Origin: Prorocentrum cordatum
Lineage: Eukaryota
DNA: 64,000 nt
Reading direction: 5' to 3'
Assembly (NCBI GenBank): GCA_963575745.1
Contig: CAUYUJ010000237.1
Location: 124,001-188,000 of the forward strand
Shown: one piece after another, positions 48,331-62,349 of the stretch
Layout of the letters: each line of letters opens with the position of its first letter
Position numbering within the stretch: position 1 is the first letter of the stretch
Notes under the pieces: model-generated
Seen by the model: only the letters and a program-made list of their open reading frames with translations
Told to the model about the DNA's origin: nothing
The model's database searches: none
Made by a program: the position numbers and the translations under genes

Positions 48331-51300
48331 TGCCGACCTCCGACAACTAACATCTGCCAGCGTGCGTCTGTGGACTGCTCTGTGCACCATTCTCTTCGAA
48401 ACTATCAGTCTTTCCTCCTCCTCGCCCCTTTCGGAAGGCTTGTCGCGCGGCGCACGGTGGTTGAGATGCATGTTGTAGCGCGGCAGTTCGGGAAGGGCAC
48501 GCCGCTGCAATGTTCGGCTCGCGCTGCGGCGCGCGCGGGCGCGCCCGTGCACGGGCGCTCGAGACATGAGAATGGCAAGGGGGATCAGGGATGGACGTCA
48601 ACGATATCGCTGCCATTCTTTTTCAGCAGCAGGCCTGCGCGCAGCCCGGCCGGACCGCGCATGGCCGCTGGTCGCGGCTCGCGCGCCGCCGGGCCCGCGC
48701 GCGGGCCCCCGACGCGCGTCGACGCGCGTCGAGCGGCCACCCGCCGCCGCGCGCGCGCCTGCCGGGCGCGCCTTGGAGCGACCCGCCGGGGCCTCCAGGG
48801 CCGCCGCCGCCGTTCGCGGACCGCGCCCCCGGCATCTCTGTCCCGCGCGGAGGAAGAGGACTTCATCAGACGACGCGGCACTCGCGACGCCCGCAGGTCG
48901 AGCCGCACCACGCGCGAGATTTCCGTCGCCCCCATCCAGGCACATGGTGGAGCGGTGGCCCGAAGGCGCAGCCAGTCACGGCCCGCCCCCCAGGCGCGCC
49001 TCCGATGACGCCTCCGCCGAGCAAGGACCAAGCACGTCAGTTACAGCGTCCGCCGCAGCAGCTCAGCGAGGCAAGGCGCCTCGCATCATCCTCGTCTGCC
49101 CTTCGAGATCACGCTCGGGCTCAAGAGCTCCCTCAGACACGCTCGCGCCCGCCGCCCCCGCGAAGACGCCGCGTGGCTGCCGCGCCTCGCGCTCGGCCGA
49201 CGCCCGCCAGCGAGGCACCCGCATCCGCGCCGAGTCCTCCGAGCGCTCCACCGCCCCCCCGACGCGCCAGCCTCGGTGCTCGCGGAAGGTAACCGCTCTT
49301 TCCGCTCAGCAAGAGCGACGCCGAAGTGGCGGGGTCCACGCGGCAGCGGCGCATCGGCGACCCAGCCCCCGAGGTGCCGCTTCGCTGGAGTCTCAACTTC
49401 ACCAACGTCATGGAGCCAGACTTGCGCGCCAGGGTCACGTTCGAGGCTCGCGGGGCCACCGGCTGGCTGGGCGACGCATAGCCGCGCGCGGCCTAGCAGC
49501 GAAACCCGCGGGCCTCGTGGACCGCCCAGGAGAGGGCCGAGCGCCGCCGCTATCGGTCGCTCAACAACGTCAGCGCGCGGCCCGGGTTTGACCGAGAACC
49601 CTTCTCGACCCGCGACGAGCCGGCTCTCGGCGCGCCCTCTTCCCAGAGCAGGCCGCTCGGCTACAAAAGGCCAGCGCCGCTGACGCCGCGGCCGTCGCGC
49701 CCCCCGTCGCCGCAGGACGAGCGCGCGCCGCGCAATCCTCCACGTCGCCACCTTTCTCCAGAGGTTCAGCGCCCATCTCCCTCTCGCGAGGCTGAGTGCG
49801 ACGAGGACAGCGCTGCTCACAGCTCGGGCTGGAGGCCGACGCCACCTCGCCCCCCGGCACCGCGCCCACTCTGTGCGAGGACAGGAGCCGCGGCGCCCAC
49901 GGGTTCCCGCAGGCATGCCGCCGCGGCATCTAGCAGGGGCAAGAGCAACAAGAGCGAGCCCAAGCCAGAGGCCGACGCCGACCCTCCCGAGAAGAAGAAG
50001 AATAATAACAACAATAATATCCGCAGGGCACTCGAGAACGCCAAGCGCTGGCGCGCCAGCGCGGCTCGCCGCACCGCTGGCGCCGGCGAGGCAAGCCAGC
50101 CCCCGCCCGCGGGCAGCGCTGACGCTGAGGAGGCGGAGGCCCCCGGCACGCCCAGCGAGGAGGACGCCTTCGGTCGTGGACGGAGCGACTCCCGCCACTC
50201 GTGACTGCGGTGAGCTTCGAGACGATCGCGCCAAAAAGTGCGCGCAGCCCTCAAGGTCTATCTCCATCCATCACCCTCTCCCACCTACCAGGTCAAGGCG
50301 TCCACGCACTTCCGCCTCGCCCTTCACGTGGCCCCAGGGCCATCACTTTGCATGAGTTTTCCTTAGGGCAGGTTTTCAGACATCACGTCTGCGACCCGAG
50401 GTCATTAACATCATGCGCAGATGCGGCATGGGAGAGCTCCCACCGCCATCACTCACACGCGCGAGCTCTTCCAGTGCCGCTCCTCAGAACACGAGCGAGC
50501 TTCAGTCAACGCGCGTAGTAAGGACGCGCGCTTTCCCTTGGGGTACCCTGCTGTCCTTGTCTCGGCATCCCTTGCGCCCCTGGGGCGTTGGTCGCCCGCC
50601 GCCCACAAAATCCCAACGTCCTCCAAGGGGCTTGCGTCCTTGCCGCCCGTCCTCACTACGCGTTTCGATTGCACCCGCTACGGAGGGCGAGCCTGCGCCC
50701 CGCCGCTTCGCGCGCCCCTAAGTCAGACAGCGACGGGGTCCCATTGCTAAGTCTCGAATGTGTTGGGGTCTGGACAGTTATCGTTCCGTTATTATTTTCT
50801 CCCTCTTCTCCGCCAGAGCTGTCTGATCGCCCGGGCAACCCCGACTCAAATAGGAGGGGCCACCGCCATGTGGCCAAAGTGCCCGCGCAGACCTGCACAT
50901 CGTACGGAAACTTAAACGCTACAGTCAACATATTATTGCCGCCTTGGGTTCTCTCGTACAGCTTCCAACCCCCGTCATTAAAGTGTCTCCTCCTCCCCTG
51001 TCCCTCCTCCTTCTCCTCCTCCTCCTCCTCTTCCTCCTCCTCCTTCTCCTCCTCCTCCCCCTCCTCATCCTCATCCGCATTTTCCTCTTCCGTTACCCCA
51101 TTCGACCTCTTTTTCCTCCGCCTCCCTCCTCCTATTCCTCCTCCTCCTCCTTCTCCTCTTCCTGCTCGACTGTTTACCGAGCTCTTCCGAAGAAGCTTGT
51201 TTGAACAATTTTCGGGACGTCTGAGCGGGCCATCTTAGAGCCTTCGTGGGCCGTCATGACGGGATTCTTGGGTGGTTTTGATCCCGCCTTGAGGTCACTT

Positions 51301-51866
51301 CGGAGCCGTATTGAGACGTCTCGGGCGCTTCTCGGGGTTTCCTTCATGACCTCCAAATTGAAGCTGGAAAGCCTTGGGAGCAACAGGCACCGATTTCCCA
51401 CACGTTGCTCGCTGCTTTCCGCCTTCTACGGTTTCGCGGGAGGTTTCCTGAGCAGCCTCTCGGGGGTTCTTTGGCCCCCCCCGTGCCTTTTTGGTAATAG
51501 ATTGGAGCCCCTGGAGGCTCGCTGGGCCACCCCGAGACAGTCTTCGGGCACCCCCCGGCCGTTAATGAGAGGGTCGTTGGCCGTCGGTGGCCTTTGGCCG
51601 TCCTTCAGCCCGGTCGTCTGCATCCCGCCGTCGCCAGTGCATCGCCGATGCATCGGCCTTCAATCGGCTGCACGGAAGGGCGACCCTTTCGAGGCGCGTC
51701 TCCCTGATCGTTGATGCGGTCCGACAGCAGCGGCTTGCGCGGTTGCGTTGGGCCCCCACAGGCGCCTTTTCAATGCCGCGCACCGAAGGTCATGCCTGCC
51801 AGGGGTCACTCTTGCGTGCATCCGACCCACCCCCCACGCGTTTCTGCCCTATCTGGGCGGCTTCTG

Positions 51867-52227
51867 TCGGGCCGGACGAAAGGGGGGGATTGGGAAAGGG
51901 GGGGGTACGAAATCTGTTGCATGCAGCTGGTATCGGCCTCGCCGAGGGGCCCATTCCTCGATACGTAGCTCCATCTGGCGCCGGGAGGCGCCGGGAAAAT
52001 CAGCTGCGAGCTGATTCTCAGGAGGGAAAAAGACACACAGACACAAATAATCGTCGAGTCCCAAGACAAGATGGGAAAATATGGGAAGTGGGGGGGAAGA
52101 CGAAAGCCAAACAAATACGGGAAAATATGGGGAATCATTTTATTTGCGTGTATTTAGTTGTGTGTCCTGGGGCCCCTTTAGATTCTCACACCCTCCCTTT
52201 GCTATCCCCCCCTTTCGCCTGGCCCGA
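51867..52227. mobile_element. MITE family B copy hosting a nested family A element
   Basis: tcgggccggacgaaaggggggg...ctatccccccctttcgcctggcccga; internal sequence matches 15304-15498. Confidence 0.88.
52018..52180. mobile_element. Family A element nested in MITE B, 5-bp TSD gattc
   Basis: gattc at 52013-52017 and 52181-52185; excising it restores gagctgattctca as in the 12084 copy. Confidence 0.9.
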
Positions 52228-52395
52228 TTCCTGGTCGGAGGCCGAGCACGTGGGAGCGCGAGCTGCCGCGCGCCTGCGCGCGTGCGGCAAAGCCGTGGTC
52301 CTGCCTCGGCCTGCGCGCTTTGCCCTGCGGGTGCCCCCTGCGTGGTGCCCCCCTATGCAGTGCCCTCGTACGGTCACCCCGTATGGTCCCCCGTA

Positions 52396-52526
52396 CCTTG
52401 GCATCGCTCGGACGTGTACATCTTTTCTCTGCGAGAACCATCGAGGACCATCCTGGACCATCGAGCAAAACAACACGCACGAAACCGAAAAACGCACGGG
52501 AAATGGACGTCCGAGCGACGGCAAGG
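52396..52526. mobile_element. MITE family D with TA TSD (Tc1/mariner-like)
   Basis: ta|ccttggcatcgctcggacgt...acgtccgagcgacggcaagg|ta. Confidence 0.85.
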
Positions 52527-55500
52527 TACGATGCCCTCGTGCGGTTCCCTCGATGGCCTCCTCGTCTGGTTCCGACGCGACCGCGGCCTCCCTGTCCACA
52601 CGCGCCCATGGACAAGGTGAGGCCGTTCGGCAGCCCCTCACTATGACTGAAGTGATGGTAAGCTCGACGGTGATGACGATTATGATGGCAGTGTGCTTTC
52701 ACTTCATGTTGTGCTGATGCCCCCCTCAAATGCGCCATCGACGACGACGCCCAAGGCCATTTCCCCACAACTCCTCTCGAATGTAAACTCGTCAGATTGC
52801 CCCCCTGGACCCAGCAATCATAGTCACGCCGACTACAGTCTGCTGCTGCACGTTTGCCTCTCCCCCATCCTCATTCTCCTACTCCTCCCAATCCCCCTCC
52901 TGCTCCCACTTCAACGTCTCTGGACATTGCCCAGAGAAGGTGCAGGCGCACTTCCTCTTCTGCAGCAACTGCGGCGGGAGCACCGCGATGCCAAATCAGC
53001 AGCCCCCCCAGCGGCGGAGGAGGAGCAGGAGTAGGTGGAGGACTGTGGAGTACTTTTGCCGTCGGCTTCGATCAGCATCTTTTGGTGGGAGAAGCACGCT
53101 TCAAATGTGAGTATCGTTTTGGTACAGGGGGTTGTTTGGATTTCTGCGCATGTCCTTGATTCCACATCTGAGGTGGTGCCCAGCAATGCCTTTGTTCCGA
53201 TCCGATGCGATCTGATTTCGACGGTCCCCTCCCGATCCCGATTACGGTCCGAGTCCCTGTCGTGTTGCCGATGTCGGTGTTTCGATCCGATCCGCACATG
53301 CCTATTCATGGTACGATCCGATGCTCCTGATACAATTTGATTCCAGTTCGGATTCCGATGCTTTCCTACCGCTGGGGGGAGAGAAGGAAGCGTTTCGCAG
53401 AATTCTGCAGACAACTGCGCGCTGTTGGTACATCCTCGTCCGTCGTCGCCCTGGTGTTGCTGTCACCGCCGCCGCTGCCAGAGGAGAGGGGATAATGGAA
53501 CAGTGGAGGTGGGGTCTCGCACCAGGGTCAGGTTTGGGGGGCTCTGGCATTGGGGGAGTCGCGACCAGGGGGTCGGCAACCGCGTCCGCGGTCCCAAATT
53601 GCAGAGGGGTCGATCGCGCCCGTCCCGGCGAGGGGGGTCGGTCGCGACTTCCTTCCCTTCACCGATGCGATCGACTCTCTGTGCCGAGCTGATCGGGGCC
53701 GAGGGACAGGTCAGGCTTGCAGCAGCTGGCTGCCGTCATTCTTCGATGCAGTCGGACCGAAGTATACGATCGCGGTCGGCTCGGGGAGGGTACCCTAGTG
53801 TTTTTCGTGTTTGTTGGATGCTCTTGTGCACCTTCGGGAGGACACCCTTGAATGTTCTGTTTGTCTTGGCCGACAGGGTCTCATGTTCTCGAGGTGTGTT
53901 CTTCTGGCGTGGGTCCGACCTGCAAGCCAACGCTCCGTAGCCCGCTCACGTCGCCGCGAGATTGCAGGTTTGCAGGATGGCATGTGGGGTCGTGGGAGGG
54001 GTGGGGCGGCCGGCGGCGCAGTCGGCCCCGCTCCGAGGCCGAACCCGCGCTGGATGGGCGAGGACCCCCCCCCCGAGTCCCCTCCTCCTCCTCCTCCTCC
54101 TCCTCCTCCTCCTCCTCCTCCTCCTCCTCCTCCTCCTCCTCCTCCTCCTCCTCCTCCTCCTCTCCTCCTCTTCCTTCTCCTCCTCCTCCCGGATGTCGGC
54201 AGTTCGAAGGTGCGGCCCCCTGAGGGGTGGAGCCCTCGGGACGGATCAACGAGCGCGTTCCACGGCTCGCAGAGTGCCTACTCGCAGGCGCCCGAAAGGC
54301 CCTGGGCGTGCCCCAGTGTCACGGGACGTAGGGGAACGTTTTCTTATTCGGTTGTTCGGCATTGGGCGAAAGGGAGAGGGGGAGGGGGGGGGGTCTGGGG
54401 GGTCTGGCTCCGGACCTCTGCTTGATGCGCCTGTTTGCAACAGTGCGTCCTATGGGGTAGACTCCACCTGCTCGAAACAGGCGCCAAAAACAGCCAAGAC
54501 CTACTCCATGGGGGGGAGGGGGGGTGCGAGGGCCCGCGCCGATCGGCAAAACAATGAGTGCGAAAACGATCGCCAGATCCCCCGCGGCGGATCCAGGCCA
54601 CTTGCGAGTGCTTAATTACTCTGCGAGTCGTGGAGCGCGCTTGCCTCGGGACGGGCAAGGGGTCCCAGGCTGAGTCTGCACTGCTTGAGGCCTCCCGTCC
54701 TTGGGGCCCCGTCCCTCAGGGCCCCATCCTTGAGCCGCCCACCAGATCGATCTGCACACCGGCCCCTCATCCCCAGGGCCGCCTCCCCAAGTACAGGCAC
54801 GGCGTGTGCACATTACAGCAACGACGCTGAGATAAGGAACAGCTCTCGCTGTTTCTCGACTCCTGCCATGGCCGCTTCTGTGCCGCCCTGCGTTCCTCAC
54901 GAAGCGTTCGTGGCAGTATCTTGTTTGCGGCCCACATGGCAGGAGGGGATTTGCACACCGCGCCTGTCTCTGGGAGGTCGTCGCTGCCCCTCGGTGGGGA
55001 AGGGGTAGGTGTACGTGCTCTCTGGAGGAGCCCACGGTTTCGCCCGACTCGCTCCGCTGCAACTCGCTCCGCCCCCTCCCCGCCGCCACGTGTTCCTATC
55101 CGACGGTGCCCCCCCTTGCTGCCGTACTGGCTCCCGTCCCTTCCTCGCCCTGCTCTCTCCCGTCACGGCACCACGCCTCCCTGCTCTGCCCTCCTTCCTC
55201 CACCCCGTTCCTTTTACTTTGCACTTGGTCCTCCCCCTCGCGTTTCTTGTTGTCTTCTTGTTCCAATTCTACTTCCTGATCCTACCGCCGCTGCAGATGT
55301 CTTCCAGGACCTCGCGATTCGGACAGCATGCTGCCAGAGACACGCATAAAGAGACTCGTGCCGACATTCAAATACTAGGCATGCTCTTTCAATGTCAAAG
55401 GCCGGGCGGCTCGATAAGAGCTTGCTAGCAAACGGTGACGAAGCGATTGACTCCCACTCAAATGTGCACGCACGGACACTTATGCAGGTGCACACATGGA

Positions 55501-57745
55501 TGCTCATGCAGGCACGTCGTATGCGTACACGTGCACACGCTCTTACATCATGAGTGCGCGCAGCCAACTACACACACGCAGCCATGTGCATGTGTGCAGT
55601 TCGACAAGAGGGCCGTGGTCGAGCAAACAAATCGTTGCTGCCGCTTCAGTGCCACTCAAAGTTATCTTGAAATCTACGCTCCCGCCTGCACGCGGCGCTT
55701 GCCTTGAGCGCCTTCCGTTCGCTAGACGGGAGCGCGCGCATGGGAGGGGGGGCGGGAGCGGGCGGGTCCCGCTGGCTCGCTCGACCTGACTGTGTGACGC
55801 CTGCACCTCTTCCAGCTCCTTGTCCTTATCATTCCTCCTTGTCAATCGCATTCCTACTCGGCCACCTGGCCCGCCCGCAGACAGGGGCCGCATCCAGATT
55901 GCTCCATCCGGCTCATCAAGCAAGACGACTTACCGAAGGCGACGTGAGGTGCTTATTTTCCAAAGGAACAGTTTGGCGTCGACGCTGCAGCATGCGTAGC
56001 AGGAGTTGGACAGGGCGCACATCCCGCGCCGACCCGTTTGTTCCTTCGTCGGAAGCGGGACCGCGCGCGAGAGACATTCTGTCGCTTGTTGGAAATGCTC
56101 CACATCCCCCATAGCAAGTTGCGCCGAAAGTGATGATTCTCGCTTCGCGGCGCGCACGTCCAGGGCACGTGAAGACTGGCCCTCTGGGTGGTTCGCCTTG
56201 CTCGCCTGCAGCGCCATCGTGCCGCCTCGTTCTGCCCGCCGTGTGGCGCTGCCCGCGCCGCCACGGGCGGGGCGATTGATTCGATTGCGCTCGAGCCGTC
56301 GGCGATGGCGCGCTAAGCCGCGAAAGAACATCGCGCTGATGCCCTGCGCGTGAACCAACAAGAAGCATCGCAATAATAGATAATAATAACAGAACTGGGG
56401 TGGAAACCGAAACGTTGCCGAAACACTGCGGGCGGGGCCCGTCGCATGAAGTGACGCCCGCGCGGTGCATGGCAAGCACCTCGTCGGGGGACGAAGCTGC
56501 AAGGCATCCACTTGGACCGCCCATGCTCGTGGCCCAGTGAGCGATCAACCTGGAAGCGCATCTGAGCATTAAGTTGCACCCGCCTCTCAATGCTACCACC
56601 GAGCGCACAAGCCAATGGCTGATATATCGGCGACCGGGCAATGGTGCGCACTTGCGCGCGCTGCCAGCTTTGAAAGGCGGGCATCACGTAATGGTCCTTT
56701 TGTGGGCGTCGTCGTTCACGTATCATTCAGTATGACAGCAATGTAGATGTTTGTATGATTTGCCTACGGCTGCGTGGATGTCGAACCAGGTTGCGCGTGT
56801 GTTCAGACGCTCTGGTTCGATTTCTCCTCTTCCTGGCCGTTCGTTGATATTGCGCTGGCTTCCGTTGGTGTTCCGTTGTCTTCTCCATCTTGGGCTGTGC
56901 TGCGTTAGATCGTGCTGGAGCATGTTTGGTTGAACTAGGCTGCTGTCGTCCTCGTCGTCGTCGTCGCTTCCCCGTCCTCGTCTTCGTCCTCGCTCGCCGT
57001 CCGAAGGGGGCGGGTGCGTTCTGGGCGCCATCGGGCCCAGGACGCACGCACCACTCTCGGACGCATCCCCCGAAGGTACTGGGCGGGGGCGCGCTCGCTG
57101 AGTGAATGCATGCGCGGGAGAGCCCGGCCGCTGTCCGATGCGCGCGCTCAGCGACTGGGCGGGGGCGCGCTCGGCGCGCACGTTCGCGCATGCGGGGAGC
57201 ACCTTCCGCTGCCCGGCGAAGCCACTCCAAGACGGGGCGGGGGCGGGCTCAGCGTGCAAATTCGCCAGCGGTCCCACTTCACGACCGGGCGTTGGTGGCA
57301 AGTTCAGTGTGTAAACAAGCACGCGCACACATGGAACGTGCTTCGCTCGAAGTGGTGATTCCTCTCAACGATTTAGTTTGTTCGCGTCTGGCGCGTGAAA
57401 AATCGGCGGGAAGCATCGATCTTGAAGTATTTTCGGTACCCGCCAACAAAAAACAGTTCCCCGCGTCCAGAGAGTTTTCTGTATTATCTGGGTGCCCCCA
57501 CGCAGTGCGCTCCTCACCCCTCCCCTCCCTTATCCCCCACTCACGCAATCACCATCATCATCGTCATCACCATCATCATCAGCAAAATCATCTTCATCTT
57601 CACCACCATCATCACCATTATTATCATCATCGCTATTCACTCGCTCACTAACTCACTCACTCACTCACTCACCCACTCAGTCGCTCACTCATCAACATCA
57701 CCACCATCATCAGGGCGCCGTAGTCTTGAATATTGAGGAAGCTTC

Positions 57746-57970
57746 AGGCAGGAGCCCTGTATGTGAATGAATTGCGAGGAAGTCTCAGGCGGGAGCCCCC
57801 TCCCTACGGGGCCCACGCCTCATGTGTGTTTCTCCAGGGGGTCATAACCGTCGTTGCCTTTGGGCCCCTGAGGCTTGAATCTGGAGAAAGTCTCAGGTCT
57901 CAGGCGGGGGCCTTGTCTGTGAATGAATCGCGAGGAAGTCTCAGGCGGGAGCCCCCTCCCTATGGGGGCC
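57746..57970 (+). repeat. ~68-bp direct repeat, two copies
   Basis: tgtgaatgaat(t/c)gcgaggaagtctcaggcgggagccccctcccta at ~57763 and ~57918. Confidence 0.85.
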
Positions 57971-58289
57971 CTCGTTTCGTGTTCTTGATCTCAGGGGGCC
58001 GCTCGACACGAGCAAGGGTCGTCAAATTTGAGCTCCTGGGGTCTTACCCCTCGCCAGATCGTCGGAGAGCGGGGCCGCGTGCGAGTGCCTTCCGGGAAGA
58101 CCGGAAACGCGTTCCAATCCTCATGCCAGGTTGTGCCACCACTCGTTTTCGGCAATTCTTGGGAGGGAGGGAGGGGGGGGGGGGGATCGGCGAGGTTTGC
58201 TGGCTCGATCGACCTTGATCGCTTGATGTGTTGGCGTCCTGTTCCGAATGGGCATACATACGGTGGCATACATACGGTTTGGTCTTACA

Positions 58290-59450
58290 TGCTCTGACCT
58301 CTCCGCCAGCGCTTTGGCATAGTATTTTTCAGAAGGTTGATGTTGGATGTGATGATCGATGGGGCGCTTGGATTGTGGAATGAATGCTCCTGCTTCTCGC
58401 GCCCCTCATCTGAAGGAGGCGGCGATGGCCCCCGCCGCGTCGCCCGCGGCGATGTACTACATGGCCCTGGCCTCAAGTTCGGGCGCGATCTGCCATCCCA
58501 AACCCTCCCTCCTCGCTCCTCCCTCCCCGTCCTCCTCGCTCCTTTTTTTTCATTGCGAACAACTCCCTGTCGCACCCACCCGCGTGTCGGTAGGGCCACA
58601 TTCGATCCTGAAGATTGAAACTCGCAACAGTTTCATGGATGGGGGCGGGTGTCAAACTGACGCTCTCGCCCTAGCGCCGCGCACAGTAATTTCAAAGGTT
58701 CGCAGTCCCTTCATGGATAGAGGGCGGTTCCTTTTCAAAATGGGGCTCTCGCCTCATCGCCGGGCATGGGATCTTGCAGTGCGTCGAGGCCCCCATGCGT
58801 TAAAGGGCCCCGTCGACGCGGTCATCCAGTTCTACTATCCGCCGAAGGCGGCCAAGCACCAGGTGTAGGTCATGAGGTCGCCTGAGGTTGCGACCGTCCT
58901 GTCACCGTCTACTGGTGGCGCGGCCACGGGGGACGCAGTGTCCACTGGTGGCTCGGCCGGTGGGGATGCCTGGCTCATTGGGGGTATGGCCCCCGGGAGC
59001 AGCGAGGGAGCTGCTCCGGCTAGGGATGGTGGTGTCGGGCGCGGAGCCGTTGTGGTCGAGGAGGGCGGCCATCCCCCGTGCGATTCAGATGATGCCGAAG
59101 TGGAAATAAGCGGCGAGGAACGCCTCACGGAAGACGCCGTCTCCCAGCTGCGTCTGCTCAGCCATGCTCCTCAGAACTCGTTCTGCCAAGCATGCATGCG
59201 GTGGGCAGGGGCGTCGCGTCTGCAGCAGCGGAGTGGAGAGGCTTCAGGACGGGCATCAACGGCCGCACCGGCAGGCTCGCCAGCCAACACCTGGCGGAGT
59301 CAGAATCCTGGACCCTGCGCCGTTCCATCTCGCAGAGGGCGTGCGGGAGCAGCACGGCCGCGCGCCCAGAACCTTCCGCGCGCGTGTGCTGAGCTCGGCT
59401 TTGCCTATCGGTGCCCCCGCTTGGCCTGGCGCTGGTGCGGATCGCCTCCG
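58290..59450 (+). pseudogene. Decayed LTR-retrotransposon gag-pol fragment (protease-like to integrase zinc-finger-like)
   Basis: VMIDGAL (possible eroded DSGA site) and RLLSHAPQNSFCQAC at ~59150-59197 (HHCC-like, first H lost); interrupted by a repeat at ~58610-58760. Confidence 0.4.
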
Positions 59451-61189
59451 CCTCGCCGCCGCCGGACTAAAAGTCTGCCGAGCTCGGCGCTCGGCAGCAG
59501 TGCGATCGGGCCGGCGGCGCCGCGACGCTTGGCCCTCAGCTGCCGAGATCGCCCGCCGCAGCCTCCGAGGAGAAACCAGAGGGGGGGAAGAGGCGGGGCG
59601 AGATGGGCTCAGTGGTGCGGGCTCGGTGGGGCGAGCAGAGTCTCGACCCAAGCTGGCGCTAGAGGAGGAGGAGGAGGAGGAGGAGGAGGAGGAGGAAGAG
59701 AACAGAGGAAAGAGAGGAGGACGCGAGGGATGAAGGAGGAGAGGGACGTCTTGCGTTTTGATTTTGTGGTGGCGGTGGTGATGGTGATATTGATGATGGT
59801 GGTGATGATGATGGTGATGGTGATGGTGATGATGGTGCTGATGATGATGATGCTGATTATCATTATGATGACGGTGGTGATGATGATGGTGATGGTGATG
59901 ATGATGACGATGGTGACGATGACGATGCTGATGACGGTGACGATGACGATGACTATGATGATGACGATGGCGATGACGTTGATGATGACGATGATGATGA
60001 CGATGACGATGATGACGATGATGACGATGATGATGGTGGTGGTGATGATGATAATGATGATGGGGATGATGATGATGGTGATGATGATGATGCCGACGAT
60101 GATGATGATTCTGATGAGAAGGAGAAGGATAAGGAGGAGGACAAGGAAAGGGTGAGTTGGAGGAGGAGGGGGACCACGAAAAGAGGGGGAATGGAGGGAG
60201 GAGTTGGAGGAGAAGGAGGAGCAAGATGAGGGTCGTTGTCGGACGGGGGCTTGCGGCGAACCCGTGCTCCGTGCAAGCAAAGTGCTCGCAGATAGACAGC
60301 GGGGGCAGGGGGGGAGAAAGATGAATGAGGGGGGAAGCAAGGCGAGGGGGGGGGAAGCAGGATGAGAGAGGGAAGGGGGATCACGATGAAGGAGCAGGAG
60401 GGAGGAGGGAAGCCAGATGAAGAAGGGAGGGAAGGGGGTGGAGGAATGCCCGCCCAGGTCATGCCGAACTGCTACTCGGACGCCAGCCCACCCAACTCCG
60501 GGTCCAACCAGACATGGTTGGCCGCTTGAGCCCGAGGGCCAGCGTTTCAGCCTAATGCTGGCTGGCGACCTTCCGCCTGTGCCTGTCAGGGAGAACGCAA
60601 GAGCAGGAGGAGGAGGAGGAGGAGGAGGAGGAGGAGGGTGAGGAGGAGGAGGAGGAGGAGGAGGAGGAATTTCGTCCTTCCTCTCCCCCTCTTCCCCCGC
60701 TCTCCCCTTCCCTCCTTCCACTCCTCCTCTTGTACCCCTAGTGCTCCTATTCCGTCCTTCCTCTCTCCTCCCCCGCCCATCGCGCGCGCGGGGGAGAGGG
60801 GAGAAGAGGAGGAGGAGGAGGAGGACCATTGTAAACCCAAGATGAATCAGCGATGTTGCAATAAAGCCTCCCTCCAAGTTCCATCTTTATAGGCCCCTGC
60901 AAGACTTGATCTACATTGCGGTATGTGGCCCGTTAGAAGGCAACCTTGTGATAATCCCCAACCGTGCCAAAACACAAATCTTGGAATTTTGGAGCAGTGG
61001 ATCGACGTGATTGCTGCGTCCTGACAATACTAGACTCGTGCCAGAACGACGAACCTGGGATTTCAGCACCACGAATACATTTGACCGCTGCTTCATGACA
61101 ATCCGAAATCACGTCAGGACGCCATTCCTGGGACTTCAACCGCTCGAGTCCTTGAAATTGTTGCAGACTTTTGGAGCGAATGTGCGAGT

Positions 61190-61510
61190 GCGTGGCGACC
61201 AGGCGGGAACAGCATTTTGAAAACGACCCGCCCTCCATCCGTGAAAGTGCTGCAAACTGTTAAGACGAATGAGCGCGGCGTTCAGGCGAGAGCCACCTTT
61301 TGAAAAGGACTTGCCATCCGCCCGTGGAATTATTGCAAGCTTTTCAGACGCTTGTGCGCGGCGCTAAGGTAAGAGCCACAGTTTGAAAACGATCCGCCCT
61401 CCATCCGTGAAGCTGTTGCACACGTGTAAGACGACTATGCGTGGCGCTGAGGCGAGAGCGACATATTGAAAACGACCCGCCCTCCATCCGTGAGAGTGCT
61501 GCAAACTCTT
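61190..61510 (+). repeat. ~80-85-bp repeat family, second array
   Basis: ttgaaaacgacccgccctccatccgtga units as at 10.3-11.0 kb. Confidence 0.85.
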
Positions 61511-62349
61511 CAGGCTTGAGGATCATAAGTGGTGGAGAAGTCTCAGGCGGAACACCCAGCCCGCCCTACCGACACGTTCGGGGGTGCGACAGCGAGGAGT
61601 TATTCATAAGGCGACGGGCTGGCTGATGATGATGATGATGAGGAGGAGGAGGAGGAGGAGGAGCAGGAGGAGCAGGAGGCGGTATAGGAGTAGGAGGAGC
61701 AGGGAGGCGTTGCCAGAGTGCGAGCGAACTGCTGAAACAATCGAGATTACCCGAGCTACCAAACATCTATATGGAGTCGGGATGTTCGAGGACGCCAGCT
61801 GGACTGCAGCCAGCGCCGAGCCTGGATCACAGTGGCCCCAAGGGTAATCTTCGGCAGCGGGCCCGCAGACATGGGTCTGGAGCGAACGGCTTGTCTTAGT
61901 ATCAGCTCCTCGGCCGCAGGAATATCTATATCTATATATATGTATGTATGTTCAGATATACGTATATATAGAACATACGGACACACGCATGAACATGAGC
62001 ATGTGTAGGTGCAGTATTGGATGCCTATAAACAGTACACGCACACCAATGCGTAGACATAGTCTAACTCCGTGCAGTGCACGACCAGGGTTGCATGCCGT
62101 TGGAAGTGTCACACCTATGCATGCCAAAACGTTAAGTTCGAAACCAGCCTTACGCATCGTACCAGTAAGATGGCGACTACAGCCATAAGCGGACACGTGC
62201 GAATAGGGGGCGCGAGCAAATTGTTAATGACGCGTAGAAGGTGAGGTGAACACGCATCAGTGTAGACTGAAGGCTGGGTGTAGAATTGCAATGGAATGAT
62301 ATAGGTCCGCACGTATACCACATCATAATCGCATGTAAATAGAGTAGGC

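Noticed and set aside
48370..50360. Overlapping 200-390 aa ORFs on both strands
   Set aside because: Arg/Ala/Pro-rich products expected from very high GC; no codon bias or domain motif seen.
55430..57480. Complex-sequence region with ORFs such as 55916-56641 (-)
   Set aside because: No consistent frame, codon bias or recognisable domain; probably a decayed element but unsupported.
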